DNA of 64,000 nt from assembly GCA_030704615.1 (NCBI GenBank), contig CM060732.1, positions 41,354,001 through 41,418,000 of the forward strand. Direction: 5' to 3'. The DNA comes from Takakia lepidozioides (taxonomy: Eukaryota > Plantae > Bryophyta). The position numbers were made by a program, and so were the translations under genes. Positions 35,666-47,881 of this stretch are shown here, piece after piece. The notes below the pieces were generated by a model. It was not told the DNA's origin. It did no database searches and was given only the letters and a program-made list of their open reading frames with translations. Position 1 is the stretch's first letter. Every line of letters starts with the position of its first letter.

Positions 35666-37289
35666 GTCCTCCATGTTTCAGAAAAAAACAGCCAGCGAAT
35701 GTGTTCCTCTCTGCATCAAAGTGTGCCTGAACATGAGAGGGGTGGCGGGGCTCTACAGCCACCATCGTGCATATGCTTCCACTATTTTCACCTTCGTTTT
35801 GTGCTGACGTGCTTATTTTTTAGGACGATATGTGGAAAAATTGCATGCGTTTACGGTTTGTGGTGTGTCTCCGAGTCCGAGCTCCTTCGTATGGAGCACG
35901 AAACCATTGGTAACACGATAGCGGAAATCGCGGAAGCATATGCACGTGGGGGTGTGTATACATTGTAGAATTTATGTCCACCGATGAGACTGTTCAGGGG
36001 AGGACGTCTCTGCCACCACATGTCTGGGAACTGCGGAGAGTGTGAACGGAACAGGATCCTGTCCAAAGGTCCTCAAACATCCAGATGCACCTCCTGAAAC
36101 ATCACATCTCAACCACTACCGTCTCCTTGAAAACTGGACAATGGGAAAGGAGACGTAGCCTGAGAGATGTGGATTCACGTTGCTTGTGGATGTTCGAGGT
36201 CCTTACGACTGCAAATGCGCGTGGATCAACAAGCTCTTCGACTGCGTCTTTGTCAGTACTTTCTCTAAGCAGTGTGTTGTGTCATGAGTATGGGCATATG
36301 CAAGTCTGCTGGACGGATGAAATGCAACCACGGCATGACGGCGACGCCAAGCGTGGTTCTGATGGGATACCAGTCTGGTCTGCTGGACTGTTGATCTGTA
36401 AGGATACAAATCTGGTGTGGCGTGAGTCTGTTCTTCACTGGACTACTGGGCCGTCACTGCCTGCCGAATTCCGAAGTGTCTTATCTCGTCAGTCTGTTGA
36501 ACCGTTGGTCAGATGGAAGTCCGTCTCTTCGGATATGAGTCCGTTTAACTACTACCTTTTAATTATCCGCATTGTCGTGAGTCTGCTGAGCCGTCGGACT
36601 GTTGGTCTGTCCGTCTTTTCTGATATCAATCAGCTGGACTGTCACAAAGTCAGTCTACTGTGGCGCAAGTTTGTTTGCGCTAGGTCTGTTGAGCCGTGAT
36701 TATTATCACGTGTAAGTCTGCTGGACACGGTTTACGGTTTATTCCCGTATCACCCGGCCGCCTAGGGGATACTTTGTCTTTTGGGATATTAGTCTGTTGT
36801 CGCGCAAATTACTCTGCGCCAGTCTCTTCGTCAGTTTGTTGAACCTTCCGTCGGCTAGACTGTCCCTGCAGTGGCATACGAGTCTGTTGTTGCGCAAGTT
36901 TGTTTGCAGTGGGTCTGTTTGGCCGTTATGTCATTAGGTTTAAGTCTGCTGGACGCAATAAATGCAGCGACGGCGGTAAAGAGGCCCAGTAGAGGATCAT
37001 GATTAAAGCACAAGTTTCCGCTGTATGACTGGACTCTGAAGCAGCATGAAGAATGCAGGGTTTAGGGTTTAGGGCTCTGCTATTCCCAGGGTTTCTTCGA
37101 AACAGAGACGAACAGGCTTACTGGTCGGCAAAGTGAGGGGGTTTTTGAAGCAGAATGAATCAGGCAGATTAAGGCATCGTTGACGACACCTTAATATAGT
37201 TTGTCATTCCCGGGTTGAGTGTTTGAGTGATGTATTCATCGTCATTAAAATCGCCATAAAAAAGAACAACAGCCGCATGCGTGCAAAGT

Positions 37290-37751
37290 CACCTCCGCAA
37301 CATTGGACAACAAAGAGCCGCAAGAACGAGACAACAAGAACGAGTGGGCAAGTTCATGGCAGGGTGTTACGATCTTCCATGCCCTAAACATGGATGGCGC
37401 AGATGGGTTTCTCAGAATGGACGATCCAGATCCTTCGGCCGCGCGCGGACTGGCAGACAGGGGGGCACCAGACGGGCACAGCGGACTGTTGGGTGGACTT
37501 GCAGGGACTGGCGTGCACAGCAGACTGGCCGGCAGACTGGCGGTTTGACGGACTGAGAGGAACTGGACTCACGGGCAGCGGACTGGCGGGCGGACTAGCC
37601 GCGCCGGACTGGGGGCGCGGCTGGTGGGGCCGCGGCAGCAGGTGGGCGACCGCGCGCAGCGACGGGCGGGGTAGCCGGGCGTCCGTGCGCGGGGCCCACC
37701 GATCAGCTCGCGTGTGCGTCATAACGTCCCAATTATTGTAAAATGAGAGGC
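37290..37751 (+). repeat. GC-rich right terminus of a second DNA transposon family (S)
   Basis: Similar to 39150-39573 and the reverse complement of 59498-59930; ends CCCAATTATT..AAAATGAGAGGC. Confidence 0.65.
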
Positions 37752-39149
37752 GTATTTTTTCTAATTTTCCTTAAAAAATCTACTTTTATATGAGCAAATG
37801 GCCTTATAAAATATGGGGGAAAATATGATATTATTGGGTAGAGGTATTTTCTTGCTAGGCTAAGGTTTGCTCCCCCTCAGGATAGCGGGAACATAGATGA
37901 CCCCTCGGCACACATGTGCGATCTTGTGAAGCATGAATGTGAAGCATTTCCAACCTAAGCGGCTTGTCCTAAACGTCTCAGAGAGCTTTCCGGAAGTATG
38001 CGCTCCGAGCGGAGGGACCTCCCGAGACACCTGATAGGCTCCGGGGTGAAGCCGTGTTACCTCAATAAAAAGACTTAAAAAGAAATTAGCTAGGAATAGT
38101 TTTTCGTAGGTTAACAAACGTTTGGCCCGTGAGCGTGGGAGTTGGACCTTGCGTTTGTTAGGAGTTTAGGTAGCGGGAGGAAATCTTCCATCGATTGCGC
38201 TGTCAATACTAGTGACACACTTACGGGTGGGCGGTTCTTGGGCCTAACCCCCCTCGTCGCCGGACTCCAGGCCCCCTTGATGTTAGCCCCTCCTTTGCGT
38301 CGGCGGGCAGCGGGGGTCGTCGGTATGCGGCAGGGGACATGAAGGCTTTGCAGACCGGCATTGCATTCATTTGCTCTCTCACTTGCATTTCATTGCATCC
38401 ATATGCATGCAAGAAGGGGGGGGGGGGGGGGGGGGGGCGGGCAAGTATTCTGGTCTTTTTGAGCAGCATGCTATAATACTTGCAGTTTGCCCCATACCAC
38501 ATCTTTGCCCCATATGCAAGCCACACGTGGTTGGGCATGTTAGTGGGTTCAAGTCCCACTTGGGGGCTTTGCCATTTCTAAGGGCAGATAGTTTTAGGTT
38601 GAATGCGATTGATGACCGGCGCTCGGAGCTCAACTTGCATACTAGTAGATTTAGTGCAAATTTAGACAATTGTGTATAGGTTGCTTTTATATGGAAAGTT
38701 GAGACCATTACATCTGCAGATAACACTTAGCCTGCAGATATCACTTTTCTTCAATGCCTGAGGTATGTTGTTTTTTTTACATCTGCAAATAACACTTAGC
38801 CACATATGCATCGTGTATAGTCCAAGACTCACCGTCATTGTGAATTATATATATATACGTGTCATTGTCTAGAAGAACCAAAAAACTACGTAAACAAACA
38901 TTTGATAGTGATAGTGAGATAGCATACCGGCCTTGTCCTAGCCGTGTCATAGGTTATAGTAAACTAGTGGTCCAATTTTCTCATAAGTACAACCTATGTA
39001 AACCAAGTACACAAACATTTGATAATGATACTGAAATACCATACCATTGTCTTGGTTGTGTGAGCGGTTCTAGTCAATCATTTCAATATTAGGTGAAGAC
39101 TGATAAATATGAATAAAAATTAATATCATTTCTAATTACATATGATAGA
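37752..39149 (+). repeat. Dispersed repeat family R, copy 4
   Basis: Direct homologue of 21850-23236, with an expanded poly-G at 38415. Confidence 0.9.
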
Positions 39150-39573
39150 GAGCCGCAAGAACCAGAACAAGAGACAACAAGAATGAATGAGACCCCGATT
39201 TGGTGGCAGGATTTTGCGGTTTTCCATGCCCTAAAAATGGATGGTTCGGATGGGTTTCTCAGAATGGACGGTCCAGATCCTCTGCCGTCAGTAGACTGGC
39301 AGAATGGCGGGCAGCGGACCGACACAGCACGGACTGGAGGGCGACGGACCGGCGTAGCGGACTGGAGGGCGGACTGGAGGCCAGCGGACTGACTCAGCGG
39401 ACTGACTCAGCGGACTGGCAGAGTGGACAGGGCCGCGGTTGCTTTAGCGCCGGGAGAGCCGACACGGTTGGGCGACTGCGCACACCAACAGGTTGGGGGA
39501 GCCCCACGTCCGTGCGCGGGGCCCGCCGGGGCCTCAAGCGCGCATTGAAGCCACTCAATCTTAAAATGAGAAG
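39150..39573 (+). repeat. Second GC-rich family S terminus
   Basis: AGAGCCGCAAGAAC..GAGACAACAAGAA..TTCCATGCCCTAAA..GGGTTTCTCAGAATGGACG..CGTCCGTGCGCGGGGCCC..AAAATGAGAAGC, as at 37314-37751. Confidence 0.65.
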
Positions 39574-40063
39574 CTAAATGAAAGGTGCAAACCAATTTTT
39601 TTGAAATATTTCCTCACATTTTCAAACATTTGTAAGTACAAATGATGCACATGTCTCATTCGACGTGTTTCGTGCTTCGAGTGCTTTTCCTCATCAATGT
39701 GCATCTCTCCCCAGTATCATGCAACTCCAAGCCCAACTCCATATCATCTTCATCATCATCCACTTATGCTGCTGGATATCTCAAGCCATCTTACAGGTAT
39801 GCATCATGCTCAATAGAAACGAAAGCAATGAGACGTTTGAGAGCGCAAGAGAAGTCTTGCAGGATGATGGCATTTCTCCCTCATTTCTAATTCCATTGCA
39901 CATTCAATGCATGTGTTTATGCTCCACAAAAATTGTTCATTATTCGTGAATTGAAGTCGCAGGAGACAAATTTCCTGATCAAGCTTGAAGACGGTGTCCC
40001 ATCAGATTGATGGAACTTCTTGGGTCCCTTTGGTCTGAGATTTCATTTTGCAATGTAGGTGGG

Positions 40064-42755
40064 TTACTTGATGACCAATTTCTGGCTTGGCCTAGGAGAC
40101 AAGCTGACATTGCGCTGGAATAGCCCCTTCACAGCCTCGATGTAGCGTTCATGAAACTCGGCAAGACTTTCGCCTTCTTTAGCAAACAACGGATCACCAA
40201 TGACAACTAGAAGCTTCCTGTTCGCAAAAACAAGAGGAAAATGAAACAATTTACTGGTCAGCTAAACTGGTTGTGTGATTTGAAATACAAATTTACCCCA
40301 CCACTAACAACTGGATTTTATGATTTCAAGTTGCAAAAGGAAGAGGGAGCCGGAGGAGACTTACTTGCGGTAGGGCATGGGCAGATTGTAGTAGCCCCGC
40401 ATGAATGGCACCCCAATCCTGCAGTAGCGGTTCACTACCTCCCAGAACTTCAAAAATCCTTTAGAATCATGGCTGAAAAGCTGCAAGATTAGGCCACAAC
40501 GTTAGTTTACAGGGTCTTACAAGTCACAGGCAACAAACAGTATTTTTTTGTTCAAACATCCAGACAGGCAGACTAGATTATTGAACCTGATTCTCGTTGA
40601 AAGCATACACGGGCACCACGCCGGCGTTCTCTTCCATAGCTGTCTTTAGAAAACCGCTCCTGCACAATCAAAATACAAGACATCAGAAACCATTATTTGC
40701 TATTCAGAACATCAACAATGTTACATCGACCGTATTTTACAATCAAACACCGCATTCAACGAGAATAGATAATTCCACTGCACTCAACCAAATAAAGTGT
40801 AGCTCCACAATCCTTCTTGCCTCCCTCAGGGCCTCTAATCCCCTAGGCTCTTTTTTCAGCAGTTAATTCCTTAATTCCGCATCTCTTGCTTAGCCATGCT
40901 GGACTGTAGTGTTCCAGATTCCTACTTTCATCATGTGTGGACATTGCAACTGACATGATGATCAGATGCATTGCAAGACACGGTTCTCTCAACAATGTAA
41001 CCAAGTGAAAATGCAGGAATGAAACGCAAGCCCTTTTCGCATACTCAATTCTTAATAAGCGCAGAGATTTCTGTCAAGGTAGGGTTATGAGTGTACCGTC
41101 TTTTGAGGTAAAGCATATCAACATCATCTCGGGTGCCCAAGCACACTTCCTTAACACCTCCAACTGCAATTGTGACCTTCACCCATTCCCAAAACACAGG
41201 GCCCAAATTCAGATGATAACATCTGCCTCCTCCTTTTAAACCCCATAGCACTTTCGACTTGGCTACTCGCATGTTCCATTGACAAGCCCGGCAGCAATCT
41301 TCCACAACAAATCGAGTGGAGTGGCGTTAAGCACTTCCATTGCGTTGATGTGGGTCACAATATCCATGGGCACAGAAGTAAGGACCTACTTCTTGTCAGC
41401 ATCAGTCATTGATCCTACGCATCCATCGAGGTGCCATCCGTTGATACACTGGTTGGGGCCCAAGAAAAATTGCAGATGCGTGCACAAGTGCTTCCTTTTT
41501 TTAACGAAAAATGTTGCATTGCAGTCAAAGATATTCAAGTTCAGAGACAGATCACAAGGACTCACATGGTTTTTTTGCCGCAACTTTGTCACAATGGAGC
41601 GCTTGTCAACGGGTATGGAGCCAATGATATAGAACCAGTTTCTGAGTAAAGGCACCTGGAAGAAGCCCCCGGCTGCAGTCTGGAACAAGTCCCCTGCATT
41701 AATGAAGAGTATCCGGGCTTAATACGCCTTCAATGATTTACACTTGGGCTTCTGAAAAATGTTCTCGTTCTGCTGCTAAAGTTCTCTACGATTCATAAAG
41801 CCCTGAAATCTCATTCGAATCTCTTACACCAAGGCTGTTTATCAGAATCGAAACTCATGGGTACGATTGTACCTCTTCAAGTTCTGACAGCGTTTGAATG
41901 CAAAAATCGTAAATGCTCTGTTTTTTCCAAAATGCTAATAGAATGATCAGAAGACTAATTATATTACTACTCTCCTCACCGAAACGATCCACTCTTGAGC
42001 AACTGAATGGTAGTCGCAAGTAAAAGCACAAACATTCATGTGTTCATTTTGTCAGACTGTCATCGATCTGTATTAAAGCAATTTTACGAAGCATATCATC
42101 TAGACATCAACGCCTCCTTCCTCCCGCCGGGATGTAGATCACCTCTATCCATGTGTAATCTAGCTGCGTAACTGTAACCACCTTAGGTCTGCAAAAGTTA
42201 AGCTGCTCTACCTTGCTTGAGCTTGATGGGCTCCCTCCAAATCTCATGCAACAGAGAAAACATTGAAGCTGAGTAGAACATTCGACCATGCGGATGGAAC
42301 GCAAATATGTAGGCCTTGTGCTCTGGAAAGGGAACCTTGGGCACTATGAACTGCGCACTAGGCACATATCTGGCAAGTGCCTCATACAACACACGTAATT
42401 TTCTCCGAAGCTTTGGTCGGTAATATGGAGGGATCAAAAGCAAGAGCAATAGGAATGAAATGAAAGCCGACACGGGTAACCATCCCCATCGCTTGTAAAC
42501 CCACGCGAGCGATACCCAAAGCACAATACTAGGCAGCGGTGTGAATGGAATCATATGGTAGAAAAACACTATCAGAATGTCCGATATGGTAGTTGAATTC
42601 GGAGGGGCAAACTGATAGAGCCGGGGCTCAGAGCTATCCATGGAAGGTGTTGGGGAGAGCTCAGTTGGTTTGGTGATGCCATCCTGCACAATCTGGTGGG
42701 CGTGCCCGAGTTGCTCTCCGATATCTCTACCATCCTCCGTGACATTCGTTTCCAT
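40064..42755 (-). CDS. DGAT2/MGAT-family diacylglycerol acyltransferase, multi-exon
   Basis: N-terminal TM segments, YIFAFHPHG, FQVPLLRNWFYIIGSIPV, GGVKEV..LYLKRR, TAMEENAGVVPVYAFNEN, and a C-terminal LLVVIGDP..EFHERYIEAVKGLF. GT-AG introns. Confidence 0.85.
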
Positions 42756-45016
42756 TTATGAATCTAATTCAAAATTGACCACTCGACTTGAGGTGTTGAT
42801 GCAGCTGGAGAGCTGTCTCTCTCTCTCTCTCTCTCTCTTCTCTCACGAACACACATAGTCAGTGAAAGATGTAAAGCTTGGAAAACCCATTTGGAGTTGG
42901 AAAGTCATCTCTTCTCTGCAGTCTGAAATTGCAGACATTTTGGGCTTCGCTTTGCCCCCGTCTACTTGGGTTCTGTGTAGAAGATGGTAATGGAAAACTT
43001 GAGGTACTTGACCCCTCCGAAGCGTTAGCTTCGAAGGTGCAAGCTCCCGCTTGACAACGCATGACTGTAGATGAACATGGGTACTTCTCTTCGCTTTTCC
43101 AAGCTTGCTCACTTTTCAACGTGGAGCCCGAAGGTTGACAGGCCTACAGACTAGGTGGCCAGTATGCCCATCGAAGTTCCCACGTGTCCGTCGCCTCCTT
43201 CTCAAATCTCACTGGTCCACACTGACAGTCCACGAAAGAAAAGACCAGCGAGACGGAGCTGAGGATGAAGACGACTTGGAACTCCCTCCAGTGAGCATCT
43301 TTGCATTGGGGATGGTTTGGGCACCATCCACACCTTCGCCAAATAATAGATGAGACATGCCCTCTCCCGCATCCCCACCCGCCTCCCATATATGCCATCG
43401 TCAACCATGCCCAGGGCACGCATTCCCTATACATCCTGCCCGTATCCCCATCCCGCCCACATGCATCCTGTCGTCACCCATACGCCATTGCACCCATGCC
43501 TCGGTATCCATACGCTTTCTTTCCCAAATCATTCACATACACTGCCACCCCAATCAAGGGTCTTGCTACCCTCATCGTGCATTTCCTCGTATAGCAGTTC
43601 TGTCCATGCTTTTGAAACGCGTCCCTACCCTCGCACTCTGCATTCACATTCCAACTCGAATTGAGTTTGTATGTTGCATTGTAGAGCGAAACCTACACAA
43701 TGTACCCTAAATTACCCTTAGTAATCAGAGTGACGTTCGTCATTCTACATCTGTGCTGCAGCGGAAGAGAAAACACAGATGCAGGTGATGCCTTAACTCG
43801 TGTCGATGCCAGGTCTTAATGGTGGTTGCATATGTAAGCAGGTTCCCTGAAAGCAGCTCAACAATTTAGGAAGGGCTGGGCCTTTGGGGTTAATTCACCT
43901 ACTAACATTTGCATGATAGTTCAATCATCAAAACACCTTGCTACGATTAATGACCACCCATGTGGCCCCAATGACAGATCCTCACTTTCCCTCTTCCCAA
44001 TCTTTTCTCGCACTAAGAGCTGGACATGGAACTCTGGCCCTATGCCTGCAGTTCACAGTTCATAAATCATCCTTTTAGCTGATCAATGCCACAACCCCTG
44101 CCCTAGCATGGAGTACACACTGACAAGACCTAATGCAGCAGGGATCTAAAAGGAAAGGGTGACAAAGGTCTACATGATGTTATCAGAGAGAATAATACCC
44201 ACTACACCAAACCAGACTAAGCAATAAAAAAGAGTAGCAAGGGATATGAACCCTAAATCATATCAACAGCAGAAATGAACTGATGTAGGAAGGACGAGCT
44301 ATAAATGTTTTGCAGATGCAGCTACCATGCAAGAAATAGAAATGCCAACGCAGTGGATAACACTCATTTCATTACCCCAACCAGAAATCTCTGAACTTTA
44401 TCTAAACCCTTTCTGCATAGGGAATCAACAAAGCAAAGAACTCTTCAGATGGTGAAGCTTATCTTCCTAAATTGCTGACAGCAGGATAGACTTACTAATT
44501 GATGCATGACACCACCCTCTTTCCCTAGAGCTAAACCCAAAAGATGATACCCTGAAATCAAAGGATGCCCATTGTGCAGGGCCTACATTAAATAAAGAAA
44601 CCCAGCACGGAAAAACTAACCCAGAAAGGAGTAGGTTAGCATGCTGAACTAAATCAGTGTGTATCACCCATGCTAAGAGACCACCCACTGCAGGGAAATA
44701 GCAAACAGAAGAGCAGAGCTGCTACACCCCAAAGATTGGCAAGATCCCCATGAATGCTGCAAATTTGCAGAGAATGCAGCTGAGCTAAACCCAGCGAATA
44801 CACATACATAGATGCCCCAAAATGGCTGCAGGCTTCTCCATTCATACGCTGTCACCTCCAATACATCATCATTCTCCCAAAGATGCCTCCATAGCCCTAA
44901 TCACTTACATGCTTCTCTACACCTCACACCTCTCTCTCACTTCCCTCCTTACTTCCTTCCCATGCTACGCTCACACCAAAATGCTGAAAAAGAGACCCAC
45001 TATCACACCAGCCCGG

Positions 45017-47881
45017 CTAAGTTGAAGCACCCTGTGGATTGCACTTGAAGAGGCAATTTGCTGCACGTTCTGCTATCTCCACATCTCCATGCATTTTGCA
45101 GGCACCAAGCAAGGTGCCCCACACTGAAGCATCTGGATCGATTGGCATATTGTTTATTAAGTCCTCTGCCTCCTCCAATTGCCCTGCACGGCCTAGAAGG
45201 TCTGCCATGCAGCCAAAATGCTCCCATGTGGGAGTGAGTCCATGATCTCGATTCATGGAATCAAAGTAGTGCCTGCCTTCATCTACGAGGCCCACATGGC
45301 TGCACGCAGAAAGAACACACATGAAGGTGATACCGTTCGGCTTAAAACCTTCCTGTTGCATTTGTTCAAATAGTTGGAGGGCTTCCCTTCCACACCCATG
45401 CTGACCACATCCTGCTATGATTGCACTCCATGAGACAACATTTCGTTGAGCCATTTTGTCGAAAACTTGATGGGCATCATTCATGTTTCCGCATTTCACA
45501 TACATATCCACAAGGGCAGTCTCCAGAATGATATCTTTCACAATACCAGCTTTGATGATGTCAGAATGGACCTCTCTGCCCTTTTCCAGGGATGCCAAGC
45601 TAGCACACGCCTTGAGAATGCAAATGAATGTTACCCTGTTCGGTGCCACCTCTTCCCGCATCATTTGATCATAGATCTCGAAAGCCTCTGTACCACACCC
45701 ATGCTGTGCATATCCTGCTATCATGGCACTCCATGAGACCACATCCCGGTTAGCCATATTATCAAACATTTGGCGTGCATCCTTTATGCTTGCACATTTG
45801 GAATACATGTCAACTAGAGCATTCTCCAGGATGATGTTTGATGCAATTCCAGCTTTGAGGATGTCTGCGTGGACCTCCATGCCCTTTTCCAGGGTTGCCA
45901 TGCTGGCACACGCCTTGAGGATGCAAGTGAATGTGACCCCATCAGGTGTCACCCCTTCCCATAGCATTTGCTCATAGATCTTAAAAGCCTCCCTACAATA
46001 ACCATGCTCAGCATATCCGGTGATCATGGCATTCCATGACACGACATCTTGTTTAGGCATTTCGTCAAACACTTGGCGTGCATCCCTTAAGCTTCCACAT
46101 TTCGCATACATGTCAAGAAGGGCATTCTCCAGAATGAAATCTGGCATAGTTCCAGATTTGATGATGTCAACATGGACCTCTACGCCCTTGTCCAGGACTC
46201 CCATACTGGCACACGCCTTGAGAACACAAGTGAACGTGATATTGTTTGGTGGTATACCTTCACAGATCATTTGCTCATAGAGCTCCAAACCCTTGCTACC
46301 ACACCCATCGTGTGCATATCCTGCTATAATGGCATTCCATGAGACCACATTCCGTTTAGTCATATTGTTGAACACCAAATGTGCATCCTTCATGCTTCTG
46401 CATTTGGCATACATGTCAACGAGGGTGTTATCCAGGATTATATTTGGCCCAATTCCTGCTTTAATGATGTCATTATGGACTTCTATGCCCTTCTCCAGGG
46501 CTCCTAGGCTGGCACAGGCATTGAGAACACGAGCGTATGTGATCTCACTGGGTGTCACTCCTGCCTGTAACATTTGCTCATAGATCTCTAAAGCCTCCAT
46601 ACCACACCTCCGCTGGGCATACCCTGCAATCATGGCATTCCATGAGACCACATCTCGTTTAACCATATTGTCGAAGATTTGCAGAGCATCCATTAGATTC
46701 CCACATTTGGCATACATGTCAAGAAGTGTATTCTCCAGAATAATGTCTGGAGCAATTTCAGCTTTCATCATGTCAGAATGGACCTCTCTGCCCTTTTCCA
46801 GGGCTTCCACACTTGCACACGCCTTGAGAATGCAAATGAAGGTGACCCTGTTGGGTGTCACCCCTTCGTGTATCATTTGCTCATATATCTCAAAAGCCTC
46901 CCCACCATTCCCATGCTGGGCATACCCTGCTATCATGGCGTTCCATGACACCACATCTCGTTTAGTCATATTGTCGAAGACTTGTCGTGCATATTTAAGG
47001 CTCCGGCATTTAGCATACATGTCAACAAGGGTATTCTCCAATTTGATATCTGTAGCAATTCCAGCCTTAATGATGTCAGCATGGACCTCCATGCCCTTTT
47101 CCAGTGCTACAAGGCTGGCACATGCCTTCAGAATGCATATGAATGTGACCCTGTTGGGCATCACCCCATCCCGTCTCATCTGCTCATAGGTTTCAAAAGC
47201 TTCCCTACCATACCCATGCTTGGCATACGCAGCTATCATTATATTCCAAGTGCACACATTTCGTTCAGGCATTTTGCCAAATAACTGGCATGCATCTAAC
47301 ACACTTCCACACTTGGCATACATGTTCAAAAGGGTATTGAGTAGAAAGATGGTTGGCTTGAATCCACTTTGATTTATGTGGGTGTGCACTTGCCTTCCCT
47401 CTGGTAGGCGTTGCATCTTGATACACTCCTCCAAGACACACACATAGGTATTCAAGTCTGCCTCAATGCCTGGTTGGTTCAAAATATGCAGCGCCTCTTT
47501 CAGTTGCCCTGCCTTACATAGTGTCCTCACCTCCCCACATGTGCCAGAAGTGTTCTTGTTGACTCCCTCTGTTGGTCCTTCAAGGCAGGCTGAATGTCGA
47601 TTGTACAAAGATTTGTCCACAGCCCGTGTTTCACCAGTGTCCTTTTGATCATACTTTGGACCATCATCGGTTTCTGAGCCTTGTATCATGGCAGCTAATT
47701 CTGCTTTCACCCACGGAGGGTTTGACCAACCCTCAATCCAAAGGCCCTCCTTTGTGCACTTGTGGCTGAAGTCTGGTGATCTTGGACTTTTCTGTGAGTA
47801 CCACTGGTGGCCAGCTGAGCAACTGCTACTTTGACTACAGCTTGCAGAGACCTTGGCCAGAACTAGCCAAGCACCAAGCAT
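45017..47881 (-). CDS. PLS-class pentatricopeptide repeat protein (organellar RNA-editing factor type), ending in a partial E domain
   Basis: 954-aa intronless ORF. Seven 101-aa P-L-S triplets (MY[A/S/V]KC..VVSWNAMIAGYA), then FMCVLSACSHVGLVDEG, DLLGRAG and VWGTLLGAC. No DYW domain. Confidence 0.95.
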   Translation of the reverse strand: MLGAWLVLAKVSASCSQSSSCSAGHQWYSQKSPRSPDFSHKCTKEGLWIEGWSNPPWVKAELAAMIQGSETDDGPKYDQKDTGETRAVDKSLYNRHSACLEGPTEGVNKNTSGTCGEVRTLCKAGQLKEALHILNQPGIEADLNTYVCVLEECIKMQRLPEGRQVHTHINQSGFKPTIFLLNTLLNMYAKCGSVLDACQLFGKMPERNVCTWNIMIAAYAKHGYGREAFETYEQMRRDGVMPNRVTFICILKACASLVALEKGMEVHADIIKAGIATDIKLENTLVDMYAKCRSLKYARQVFDNMTKRDVVSWNAMIAGYAQHGNGGEAFEIYEQMIHEGVTPNRVTFICILKACASVEALEKGREVHSDMMKAEIAPDIILENTLLDMYAKCGNLMDALQIFDNMVKRDVVSWNAMIAGYAQRRCGMEALEIYEQMLQAGVTPSEITYARVLNACASLGALEKGIEVHNDIIKAGIGPNIILDNTLVDMYAKCRSMKDAHLVFNNMTKRNVVSWNAIIAGYAHDGCGSKGLELYEQMICEGIPPNNITFTCVLKACASMGVLDKGVEVHVDIIKSGTMPDFILENALLDMYAKCGSLRDARQVFDEMPKQDVVSWNAMITGYAEHGYCREAFKIYEQMLWEGVTPDGVTFTCILKACASMATLEKGMEVHADILKAGIASNIILENALVDMYSKCASIKDARQMFDNMANRDVVSWSAMIAGYAQHGCGTEAFEIYDQMMREEVAPNRVTFICILKACASLASLEKGREVHSDIIKAGIVKDIILETALVDMYVKCGNMNDAHQVFDKMAQRNVVSWSAIIAGCGQHGCGREALQLFEQMQQEGFKPNGITFMCVLSACSHVGLVDEGRHYFDSMNRDHGLTPTWEHFGCMADLLGRAGQLEEAEDLINNMPIDPDASVWGTLLGACKMHGDVEIAERAANCLFKCNPQGAST

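Larger units (their letters stand above)
29486..35700 (-). mobile_element. Copy B of the ParB-MTase-carrying Mutator-like element (transposase side missing)
   Basis: Starts GGGGATTGCTAAACCGTGAGC, followed by a GGATGAA-rich subterminal tract, the cargo gene and an intron-1 palindrome array. Right boundary uncertain. Confidence 0.75.

Noticed and set aside
45039-47284. Repetitive plus-strand ORFs
   Set aside because: Antisense shadows of the PPR repeats.
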